Source of the DNA: a candidate division WOR_3 bacterium SM23_42
GTDB lineage: Bacteria > Hydrothermota > Tepidihabitantia > SM23-42
Direction of reading: 5' to 3'
Length of the DNA stretch: 64,000 bases
Assembly: GCA_001303785.1 (NCBI GenBank)
Contig: LJUJ01000003.1
Coordinates: forward strand, 14,027 to 78,026
The position numbers were made by a program, and so were the translations under genes. The notes under the pieces are model-generated. The model saw only the letters and a list, made by a program, of their open reading frames with translations. It made no database searches and was not told where the DNA came from. This document shows positions 37,548 through 45,665 of the stretch, one piece after another. Numbering within the stretch: position 1 is the first letter of the stretch; each line of letters starts with the position of its first letter.

Positions 37548-38828
37548 CTAACCCTTTGCCACTGCCTGCTTTACCCATTCAGTGGTTACCGACTTTGGTC
37601 TTTCTATCGCCTCACCCAACGCACGACTCACAATGAGTTGCGCGCACATACCCATTGCTCGCGATACTCCAAATAGAACTGTGTAATACTCAAACTCAGT
37701 TAAACCAAAGTGGTATAGTAAGCAACCCGAGGCCGCGTCCACATTTGGCCAGGGATCTTTCGCCTTGCCATGTTCTTTCAGCACTCCAGGTATAACCTTA
37801 AACACCTTGTCAACGATCTGGAAGTAAGGATCCTCGGCACAAGCACGGGTGCCGAATTCATGGAAGGCAGCATAACGGGGATCGGTCACGCGAAGCACGG
37901 CATGACCGTAACCGGGAATAACCTGACCAGAATTCAAAGTATCCCATGCAAATTGCTTCAGTTGCTCGTCGGTCGGCACACCACCGAACTTCTCCTTAAC
38001 CATCATTACCCAACGTAGACACTCCTGGTTCGCCAAACCATGTAACGGCCCGGCCAAGCCATTCAGTCCGGCCGACACAGCATAATAGGCATCAGAAAGC
38101 GCCGACCCGACACAATGACAGGTATGGGCACTGACGTTTCCGCCCTCATGGTCAGAGTGCAGAACCATATATAACCGCATGAGATTCTTGAATTCACCGC
38201 TCGGGTCTGAAATACCCAGCATGTGTGCAAAGTTGGCTGCCCAATCTAGATTCGAGTCAGACTCAATCCTTGGGCCTTTGTCAAACCTCATACGATAAAT
38301 ACCTGCTGCAAGGTTAGGCAGCTTGCCAATAAGATTCATGCAATCTTCCAGTGTATACCGCCAGTATTCTTCTTTCTTGATTCCCTCGGTGTATTTCTTT
38401 CTGAATACCGACTCCTTCTCCATCGCCAGAATACCGAGGCTGAACATCACCATGGGATGCGAATCCTTAGGCATCGCTTCCAACGTCTTCCATACATAGT
38501 CGGGAACCTGCGCACGGCCTGCTAAATCTTTCTTCATCGACTCCAATGCCTCATCGTCGGGCATCTCGCCGGTTATCAGCAAATAGAAAACAGCCTCGGG
38601 TAGTTTGTCTTTCAATTCTCCGATCGGGCGACCACGAATGATGAGTCCCTGGTCAGGCGGCACCACGGAAGTGTCGCAGACGAGCGCTTTCACTCCCCTC
38701 ATGCCTCCATATGCTTGCCTGACCTTGACTTCAGATATGGTCACCTCGGCATTCTTTTTCACAAAAGCTTTAATTTCATCCCGGAGTGCCGGGACTTTCT
38801 GATTCATTACATCCATGATCTTAGCCAT
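37548..38828 (-). CDS. gltA: Citrate synthase (GMRG-containing type)
   Basis: VRQAYGGMRGVKALVCDTSVVPPDQGLIIRGRPI and the catalytic regions HSDHEGGNVSAHT and ...VIPGYGHAVLRVTDPR... Confidence 0.9.
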   Translation of the reverse strand: MAKIMDVMNQKVPALRDEIKAFVKKNAEVTISEVKVRQAYGGMRGVKALVCDTSVVPPDQGLIIRGRPIGELKDKLPEAVFYLLITGEMPDDEALESMKKDLAGRAQVPDYVWKTLEAMPKDSHPMVMFSLGILAMEKESVFRKKYTEGIKKEEYWRYTLEDCMNLIGKLPNLAAGIYRMRFDKGPRIESDSNLDWAANFAHMLGISDPSGEFKNLMRLYMVLHSDHEGGNVSAHTCHCVGSALSDAYYAVSAGLNGLAGPLHGLANQECLRWVMMVKEKFGGVPTDEQLKQFAWDTLNSGQVIPGYGHAVLRVTDPRYAAFHEFGTRACAEDPYFQIVDKVFKVIPGVLKEHGKAKDPWPNVDAASGCLLYHFGLTEFEYYTVLFGVSRAMGMCAQLIVSRALGEAIERPKSVTTEWVKQAVAKG

Positions 38829-38867
38829 AGTATATCCTCCTTACTTTTCATAAAAATCATTGAAACA

Positions 38868-40172
38868 TCATCTCTTTTTTCCTTTTTTAACAGTCTTCCT
38901 TATCGTCTTACGTTTTCCCTTGGAAAAAAATTCTCTCGGATCACTAATCTCCCCGTTGATCGCTGAATAGGCAGCGGTGGCAGGCGAGGCTAGGTACACA
39001 AATCCTTCAGGATTACCCATACGACCACGAAAATTGCGGTTAGCGGTCGAGAGACAAACCTCACCATCACCGAGGACACCTTGATGCACGCCAACACACG
39101 GACCACATCCCGGACCCATGACAATACCACCAGCGCGCACAAAGACCTCCAATAAACCCGACTTCATGGCTGAGAGATAAACCTCACGGGAAGCGGGGAC
39201 CACCACCAGCCTCGTATCGGGTGCTCGCTGCCTGCCCCTGAGTATTCTTGCCGCGATCTTCAAATCCTCTATACGCCCGTTGGTGCACGTCCCAAGGAAT
39301 ACCTGGTTCACCTTAACACCCTTTGCTTCCGTTACACTCCTTGTATTATCCACGGTGTGCGGAAAGGCAATTTGAGGCACTAGTTTGCTTGCATCTATTT
39401 CGATTACGCGTTCGTACTTCGCGTCCTTGTCTGGTCTTAGTAGTCGCCAATCTCTGATGCGGCCACGAAGTCTCAGGTATTCTTTCGTCTTCCTGTCGGA
39501 CGCAATCAGTCCAGTTTTGGCACCTGCTTCGACTGCCATGTTGGATAAAACAAAACGTGCCTCCATAGACATCTTCTCGATTGCCCGACCGCCGAATTCC
39601 AACGCCTTATAAGTTGCACCATCGGCTCCTAGCATACCGATGAGATAGAGTACCAAGTCTTTTGAATATACCCCGGGTGGAAAATCGCCTTTGACCTCAA
39701 CCCGGAAAGTCTCCGGAACCTTTAGCCACGTCTTACCCATCGCCATCCCAATTGCAACATCTGTCGAACCCATGCCTGTGGCAAAGGCGCCCAATGCACC
39801 TGAAGTGCAGGTATGTGAATCGGCACCGATCACGACATCTCCTGGCTTGGCATGAGATTCAACCAGCCGCTGATGAATGACACCGTCACCAACTTCCGAA
39901 AGTAAAGCACCTGTTTTCTTACTGAACGCACGCAGCAGCATATGGTCATTGGATAATTCTTTGCGGGGCGATGGTGCCGCGTGGTCGATGAAGAGAATCG
40001 ATTTCGGAGCCCGAACCTTTTCAAGATGCATTTTCTGAAGCTGACGCACGCCGAGTGGACCAGTCCCGTCCTGGAAAGCAGCAACATCAACGCTAGCGAT
40101 CACTATGTCACCAGCATGTGCATCCTGACCGCTTTTCTCGGATAGAATCTTTTCCGCTAAGGTCTTACCCAT
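38868..40172 (-). CDS. LeuC-type large subunit of a 3-isopropylmalate dehydratase/homoaconitase-family hydro-lyase (aconitase superfamily)
   Basis: MGKTLAEKIL...GDIVIASVD...FQDGTGP N-terminus, Fe-S ligand regions (ADSHTCTSGALGAFA; GTCTNGRIED; GPGCGPCVG); about 434 aa, the short archaeal-type LeuC/HACN. Confidence 0.9.
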   Translation of the reverse strand: MGKTLAEKILSEKSGQDAHAGDIVIASVDVAAFQDGTGPLGVRQLQKMHLEKVRAPKSILFIDHAAPSPRKELSNDHMLLRAFSKKTGALLSEVGDGVIHQRLVESHAKPGDVVIGADSHTCTSGALGAFATGMGSTDVAIGMAMGKTWLKVPETFRVEVKGDFPPGVYSKDLVLYLIGMLGADGATYKALEFGGRAIEKMSMEARFVLSNMAVEAGAKTGLIASDRKTKEYLRLRGRIRDWRLLRPDKDAKYERVIEIDASKLVPQIAFPHTVDNTRSVTEAKGVKVNQVFLGTCTNGRIEDLKIAARILRGRQRAPDTRLVVVPASREVYLSAMKSGLLEVFVRAGGIVMGPGCGPCVGVHQGVLGDGEVCLSTANRNFRGRMGNPEGFVYLASPATAAYSAINGEISDPREFFSKGKRKTIRKTVKKGKKR

Positions 40173-40316
40173 CTTGCCTCCATTCTATGATTAAACGTGG
40201 GATATTTATTTAATATTAACAGATATCCGATACAACAAGGCGCATTATTATAACGAAATATGTGATGAAGTCAAGATTTCTGAGCTACATAATTGAGGAC
40301 TACGTTGCTCTCCAAA

Positions 40317-40616
40317 TCAGTGCAGGTACTGTATTCCGAAATCCTTGAACTCACCGGTTGCCTCTTCCCAATAGATTTCTACGTTAGCGACCGACGCCAT
40401 AGCCGGACCCTTATGACACCAGCGAATGAACTCCGCTATCCTGTCACGCCCTCCTTCGGCAATGACCTCAACACGACCATCAGGCAGATTCCTCACCCAA
40501 CCGGTCAGGTCGGATGCTTGTGCTACATTTCTCGTATGAGCTCGGAAGAAAACACCCTGCACAGTACCCGCTATGAACAAATGTATGCGGAACTTTTCTT
40601 TCATGACATCATACAC
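40317..40616 (-). CDS. acyP: Acylphosphatase
   Basis: ...AGTVQGVFFRAHTRNVAQASDLTGWVRNLPDGRVEV... is the canonical acylphosphatase signature. The true start is probably the internal MKEKFRIH near 40601. Confidence 0.85.
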   Translation of the reverse strand: MYDVMKEKFRIHLFIAGTVQGVFFRAHTRNVAQASDLTGWVRNLPDGRVEVIAEGGRDRIAEFIRWCHKGPAMASVANVEIYWEEATGEFKDFGIQYLH

Positions 40617-40681
40617 TCTGTTGACATCTCATCGAACATCCACATCAAAACAGAGGCAGCAATTGTTCGTCACCCCTTAAC

Positions 40682-41698
40682 TCACACCGCGCCCGAGAGC
40701 TGACCACAGCCGGCAAGAATTTTCTGGCCGCGCGATTTCCTGATGACCACCGTATGATGTGAGTCCAAGAGGAATTCGTAGAAACTTTCGATATTTTTGT
40801 CAGCAGCGCGTTGGTATGGCAGCCGCGGGTGCTCATTATAGGGAATCAGATTAATCTTGGACGGTATTCCCTTGAGCAGCCGAACGAGGTTCTTCGCATC
40901 CTTGATACGATCATTGATGTTTTTGATCATGACGTATTCGAAAGTCACCATCTCCTTATCCATCGAATAGATCCTGGCGATTCTTAAGACTTCAGCAAGT
41001 GGATTGCTGCTGGCGATCGGCATAAATTCTCTCCTCATATCCTCATCAGCAAAATTCAGTGAAATCGCAAGCTTAACCCTGAGCGCTGATCTCAAGAGCA
41101 TACCCATTCCTTCGAGCAGACCGACCGTGGAAACTGTAGTATGCCGCCAGCTCACACTGAGACCCAAGGGTGAGGACATGGTCCCGAGGGCATCGATGAC
41201 TTCTTGAAGATTGGCCAACGGCTCACCCATTCCCATGAATACGACATTGGTGCATTTCTCACCAATGTCTTCCTGAATCAGTCGTACTTGATCCGCGATT
41301 TCGTACGCCAACAGGTTGCGCTTGAACCCCAGCAATGCAGTGGCACAGAACTTGCAACCAAATGGACAACCCACTTGGCACGAGACACAAATAGTCCTTC
41401 GTTGGCCCTCTCGAATGAACACTGATTCGACACATTGACCGTCTTGTAATCGCAGCAAGTATTTCTTCACACCCCCCGCTTCCTGCCTCACGTTGGCAAT
41501 TTCCAAACCAGCAATCAAGAATCTACAATCCAAACTAAGCCGCAATTCTTTGGAGAGATCAGTCATCCCCGAGAAATCTCGGGCATTCTTCTGCCAAATC
41601 CACTTGAAGACCTGTTCGCCTCGGTAACGCTCAAGACCGAGTCCAGCCATTGTGTCTTTGGCCTGCAACAACGACTTCTGCTTGAAGTTTTCCTTCAC
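40682..41698 (-). CDS. rlmN: 23S rRNA (adenine2503-C2)/tRNA methyltransferase RlmN (radical SAM)
   Basis: RGEQVFKWIW N-terminal RlmN motif, radical-SAM CxxxCxxC (GCPFGCKFC), C-terminal ...GCGQL. Confidence 0.9.
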   Translation of the reverse strand: MKENFKQKSLLQAKDTMAGLGLERYRGEQVFKWIWQKNARDFSGMTDLSKELRLSLDCRFLIAGLEIANVRQEAGGVKKYLLRLQDGQCVESVFIREGQRRTICVSCQVGCPFGCKFCATALLGFKRNLLAYEIADQVRLIQEDIGEKCTNVVFMGMGEPLANLQEVIDALGTMSSPLGLSVSWRHTTVSTVGLLEGMGMLLRSALRVKLAISLNFADEDMRREFMPIASSNPLAEVLRIARIYSMDKEMVTFEYVMIKNINDRIKDAKNLVRLLKGIPSKINLIPYNEHPRLPYQRAADKNIESFYEFLLDSHHTVVIRKSRGQKILAGCGQLSGAV

Positions 41699-41752
41699 AC
41701 AGGATTATAGTCAACCAGCCACATCAATCAACTCTCATGATGTCACAAAATC

Positions 41753-41780
41753 TTGACGTAATATGATATTTGTTTATAAT
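41753..41780 (+). promoter_or_regulatory. Sigma70-type promoter (TTGACG-N16-TATAAT), ~55-nt leader to the 41840 ATG
   Basis: TTGACG at 41753-41758 and TATAAT at 41775-41780. Confidence 0.35.
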
Positions 41781-41839
41781 ATTTTAATAGGCTTAAGCCC
41801 TGAAATGAGAGGCAGGGAAAGAAAGACTGAAATATAACT

Positions 41840-44800
41840 ATGAAAACTTGTCCAGTCTGCAATAATCAGAGCGTCCCCGGCTACGCAAATCATTGTCCGA
41901 ATTGCGGCGTAACACTCACGGCATACAAGAAGCAAACCGTAGAGGCCGAGCGCCTCCGGCTGTTGGGTGGTGAACTCAGACTGCTAACAGTATTCTTCGT
42001 GCAATTGATAGGCATCGAAAAGTTGATAAAAAGGGACACCGATGAAACGATAGAAAAACACATCCAGGATTTTCTGACCAACATCGAGAAGATCATTCAA
42101 GACTATGACGGAACGTCAAATCGTATCATTCCTGACTTCCGCATCCTGGGTATCTTTGGCGCCCCACATGCACACTATGACGACCCCTTGAGGGCAATAC
42201 GTTGTGCAAGCAATATCCAAGACTGGTGGCTAAAAAGCAAAAAGGAATCTAAGTTCCTCAGGAACGTCGATACGAGAATCGGAGTTAACACCGGCCGGGC
42301 ATTTTTCGGTTTCGTGCTTAAGGAATCACCATTCTTGACTGTCATTGGAGACACCATCAACACCGCGGCGCGCCTCACCGAAATAAGCCAGCAAAATGAG
42401 ATACTAATGACCAAGACCACGTACAACGCGGTGCTACGATATGCAGACGTCACACATATTGGCGAACAGGCGGTTAAAGGTAAAAAAACCAAAGTCGATA
42501 TCTACCGGCTCAGCAAAATCAGAACCACACCAAGAGTAACTGAGCCGCAGAGAATGCCGCTCTACGGCCGTGAGGCCGAATTGAAAAAATTGATTGCCCT
42601 TGCCGATAGGTTAGCCGACCATCGTGCAGTCTATTGCGCTATCAACGGGCAAATGGGCAGTGGGAAGAGCAGGCTTAAGGAGGAATTTGCATTTCATTTA
42701 AGCAGGAATGAAGCAATCAATCATTTTGAAACGAACTGCTCGGTCGATGTGCAATCACCATACTATCCTTTCAGGTCCTTACTCAGACGTTTTTTAGACC
42801 TGCACGAGTTCGACAGCCAGGATACCATGACCAAACGGATTCACGATGTGGTTGGTCAGAGAGAGCTTAGTCCACCCATCGCCAAGGGTATTAAGCACTT
42901 GCTCTTAACCGATATCGGCCGGTTGCGCAGCGAAGACATACGCGCGGTCAACGATGAAATCTACGCCTCGGTGCGCAATTTCATAAGGAGTGAATGTCGG
43001 CAAAAAGCTCTGGTACTGATCTTCGAGAATTTTGGCCAAGCCGATGTGATGTCCAAGGAGTTAATCACATATCTGATCTCCGAACTCGAAGACGAACCAA
43101 TAATGTTTCTGCTGATAAATGCGCCCGACAAGTTTCTCCAAACGGCCTCAATTCCCGTCGATAGAATTGACCTGAAACCTTTATCAAAGAAAGACATCTA
43201 TGCGCTGATTCGACATATGCTCACCAATGTTGATAAACATCTAGCCGACTTCATATATCGTGAAGCAGGCGGTAGTCCACTCTTCACAATCGAAGCCATC
43301 CGCAACACACGGCGCAATAAAATTATAAAAAAGGTCTCGGGAACGTGGTGTTTGGAAAAAGAACAGGTACTGGTTTTTCTCGATGACCTTTACGGATTAG
43401 TCATGTCGACGATCGATTCCCTTGCCTCTAACGCGCGTCTTATTATTGATTATGCCTCGGTCATCGGCTACCGTTTCAGCTTCCGCATATTGAAAGAGCT
43501 CCTTGCTTGGCCTGATTTGAAAGCACAGCTGGACTACCTGATTGCTGAGGGATATGTCGTACTGTCGTCAGACGGCGAAGATCCAGTATACATTTTCCGT
43601 CACAATCTACTCAAAGACGCCGCCTATCAAGTGCTCCCGGTTAGAAAACGAAAAGAAATACATCAAAAAGTGGCGTCTCTTTTCGAACAGGTATACCGCG
43701 ACACTTTGTCCACGTTTTACGAAGACGTCGCAAGGCATTATCAGGCCTCCGACCGACATGCGCGTGCTGCCGAGTATTTTAAGCTGGCCGGCGATAAGGC
43801 AAAGAACCTCTACGCGATTGATCAGGCATTGTCTTTTTATGAACAAGTTCTGAATACGAAGAACGAAATCGGGGATGAACTACCAAAAACCCTATACCAG
43901 GACGTCATGCTGAACTTGGTAGACATCTATGAAATCAAGGGTGACATCAAGAAGATGGAAAGAACGGCGCGGGAACGACTTGCTGATGCACGTCAGGACA
44001 AGGACCTAAAAAATGAGGTATTGTTTGCGGAACGTGACGCATATGCGCTCATACTACTTAACAAAACAGAAGAAGCGGAGCAACTATTAATATCCAGCAT
44101 AGACAGATGCGACGAGCAAATGGTAAGCATCCTAGCCATCTTGTATTCGGATTTAGGCATGCTCTATGCAAACAAATATGAATACGATAAGTGTCTCATA
44201 AACTACAATCTGAGTTGGAGAACGGCACACGCTAACAACATACGAGAAGCTGAGATAGTGTGCCTGTTCAATCTATCGAATCTGCACAAGAGCCTGGGCA
44301 ACTATGAACAGGCATTGGACTATCTGCAACATGGTTTGGAGATCCTTATCGATGCCGAGGATATCAGAAGGAACATCGAACTGCAATATCTGATTGCGAA
44401 CATCGACTATGAAATATGGAATATTGAAAAAGCCAAGGGACTGCTAGCAGAGTGCTTCATGACCGCGGATTCTATTGGCAGTTTTGACGCATACATAAAG
44501 TCCGCGTTGGATCTTGCTTTCATCCATTCACTCAACGGCGATGTACGGCAGGTAGAAAAATACCTGCAATCTGTCGATAAGAAGATATCATTCCTCATTC
44601 GTGAGAGCCTGCTTGCCGAAATCGACCTAAAAAAGGCACTGGTCTATTTCAACAATCAGGAATACAAGAAGGCACGTGATTACGTAGTGAACAGCATGAG
44701 AATTGCCGAAAAGTCATACCGCGCAGAGATCGTGTTCCAATGTCAAAGGTTATTGTCCCTGATCGACAAACAACATGACCTAGAACATGCCAAAAAGGCA

Positions 44801-45016
44801 CTCGAGCTAGCAGAACTAATGAAACTACCACCTTTGATCGCCGCCGCTCTGTATAGGGTCACCGAAATCTTTTCAGAGAAGGGTGATATTGAACGGGCAC
44901 GCTACTACGGAAGAAAAGCCTTGCTAGTCTATGATGACATAAAATCGCGACTCAATGATAAGAACCAGCAACATTATGTGAATCGACCTGAATATACGAG
45001 GCTGCTGGAGATTTAG
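41840..45016 (+). CDS. Multidomain signalling protein: N-terminal zinc ribbon + class-III nucleotide-cyclase homology domain (metal-binding Asp residues substituted) + STAND/AAA NTPase + TPR repeats
   Basis: CPVCNNQSVPGYANHCPNCG. Cyclase homology domain (CHD): TVFFVQLIGIE has Gln where the first metal Asp is expected, RILGIFGA has Ile where the second is expected, but RIGVNTGRAFFG and IGDTINTAARLTE retain the transition-state Asn/Arg. Walker A GQMGSGKSRL; long TPR-like C-terminal half. Confidence 0.8.
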   Translation: MKTCPVCNNQSVPGYANHCPNCGVTLTAYKKQTVEAERLRLLGGELRLLTVFFVQLIGIEKLIKRDTDETIEKHIQDFLTNIEKIIQDYDGTSNRIIPDFRILGIFGAPHAHYDDPLRAIRCASNIQDWWLKSKKESKFLRNVDTRIGVNTGRAFFGFVLKESPFLTVIGDTINTAARLTEISQQNEILMTKTTYNAVLRYADVTHIGEQAVKGKKTKVDIYRLSKIRTTPRVTEPQRMPLYGREAELKKLIALADRLADHRAVYCAINGQMGSGKSRLKEEFAFHLSRNEAINHFETNCSVDVQSPYYPFRSLLRRFLDLHEFDSQDTMTKRIHDVVGQRELSPPIAKGIKHLLLTDIGRLRSEDIRAVNDEIYASVRNFIRSECRQKALVLIFENFGQADVMSKELITYLISELEDEPIMFLLINAPDKFLQTASIPVDRIDLKPLSKKDIYALIRHMLTNVDKHLADFIYREAGGSPLFTIEAIRNTRRNKIIKKVSGTWCLEKEQVLVFLDDLYGLVMSTIDSLASNARLIIDYASVIGYRFSFRILKELLAWPDLKAQLDYLIAEGYVVLSSDGEDPVYIFRHNLLKDAAYQVLPVRKRKEIHQKVASLFEQVYRDTLSTFYEDVARHYQASDRHARAAEYFKLAGDKAKNLYAIDQALSFYEQVLNTKNEIGDELPKTLYQDVMLNLVDIYEIKGDIKKMERTARERLADARQDKDLKNEVLFAERDAYALILLNKTEEAEQLLISSIDRCDEQMVSILAILYSDLGMLYANKYEYDKCLINYNLSWRTAHANNIREAEIVCLFNLSNLHKSLGNYEQALDYLQHGLEILIDAEDIRRNIELQYLIANIDYEIWNIEKAKGLLAECFMTADSIGSFDAYIKSALDLAFIHSLNGDVRQVEKYLQSVDKKISFLIRESLLAEIDLKKALVYFNNQEYKKARDYVVNSMRIAEKSYRAEIVFQCQRLLSLIDKQHDLEHAKKALELAELMKLPPLIAAALYRVTEIFSEKGDIERARYYGRKALLVYDDIKSRLNDKNQQHYVNRPEYTRLLEI

Positions 45017-45017
45017 G

Positions 45018-45665
45018 ATGCTCTGCATGACCTGCAAGAAAGAAGTAAACCAACCGCTCAACTTCTGCCCATGGTGCGGCACCACGCTACGTGCCGAGAC
45101 TCCGTCACGTTTTGAGAACGTAAAGCTGACATTCCTGCGCGTCGATCTGTCCGGGTTCACTAAGATGAGTGAAGCCATGATCGCTGAAGATGTCATGGCA
45201 GTCCTGAACGAAATCTTTGGGGTCTTCGCAAAAATCGTAGAGTCTAACAAAGGAATAGTATATCAGCTTATCGGAGATGAGATAGTCAGTATTTTCGGAC
45301 TCAACATAGAATCGGGTTTTGCACCCCATATGGCGATTCTGACCGCGGATGAGATGTTCAGCAAGTTGCTCGATTTCAATAAGAAGGGAGGTTTCAAAAG
45401 CCCAATAGGACTCAAGGTTGGTGCCGAGATCGAATCAGCCTCGATATTCGATCTGCACTATGACCTAAAGAGTGCACTAATTCTAACCAAGGGCTTTAGG
45501 AAAAGCCAGATACTACAGAAAAACGCGGCCACTAATACGATCTTAGTTGGTGAAAATCTTCATAAAGTAACCAAAGGCTTCTTCGACTACCGCGAGGTCG
45601 GCGAATTCGTTGAGGAATCATTTGCAGTAAAAGCATATGAGTACAAACTAAAGTTGAAAGGCTAA
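45018..45665 (+). CDS. Small zinc-ribbon + nucleotide-cyclase homology domain protein (retains both metal-binding Asp, lacks transition-state Asn/Arg)
   Basis: CMTCKKEVNQPLNFCPWCG. FLRVDLSGFTKMSE has the canonical F.D..GFT with Asp; VYQLIGDEIVSIFG has the canonical IGD...FG with Asp. IGLKVGAEIES matches the IGIHTG-like region. Leu/Phe replace the Asn/Arg in the region aligned to GDTVNxAxR. Start overlaps the upstream stop by 1 nt. Confidence 0.6.
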   Translation: MLCMTCKKEVNQPLNFCPWCGTTLRAETPSRFENVKLTFLRVDLSGFTKMSEAMIAEDVMAVLNEIFGVFAKIVESNKGIVYQLIGDEIVSIFGLNIESGFAPHMAILTADEMFSKLLDFNKKGGFKSPIGLKVGAEIESASIFDLHYDLKSALILTKGFRKSQILQKNAATNTILVGENLHKVTKGFFDYREVGEFVEESFAVKAYEYKLKLKG

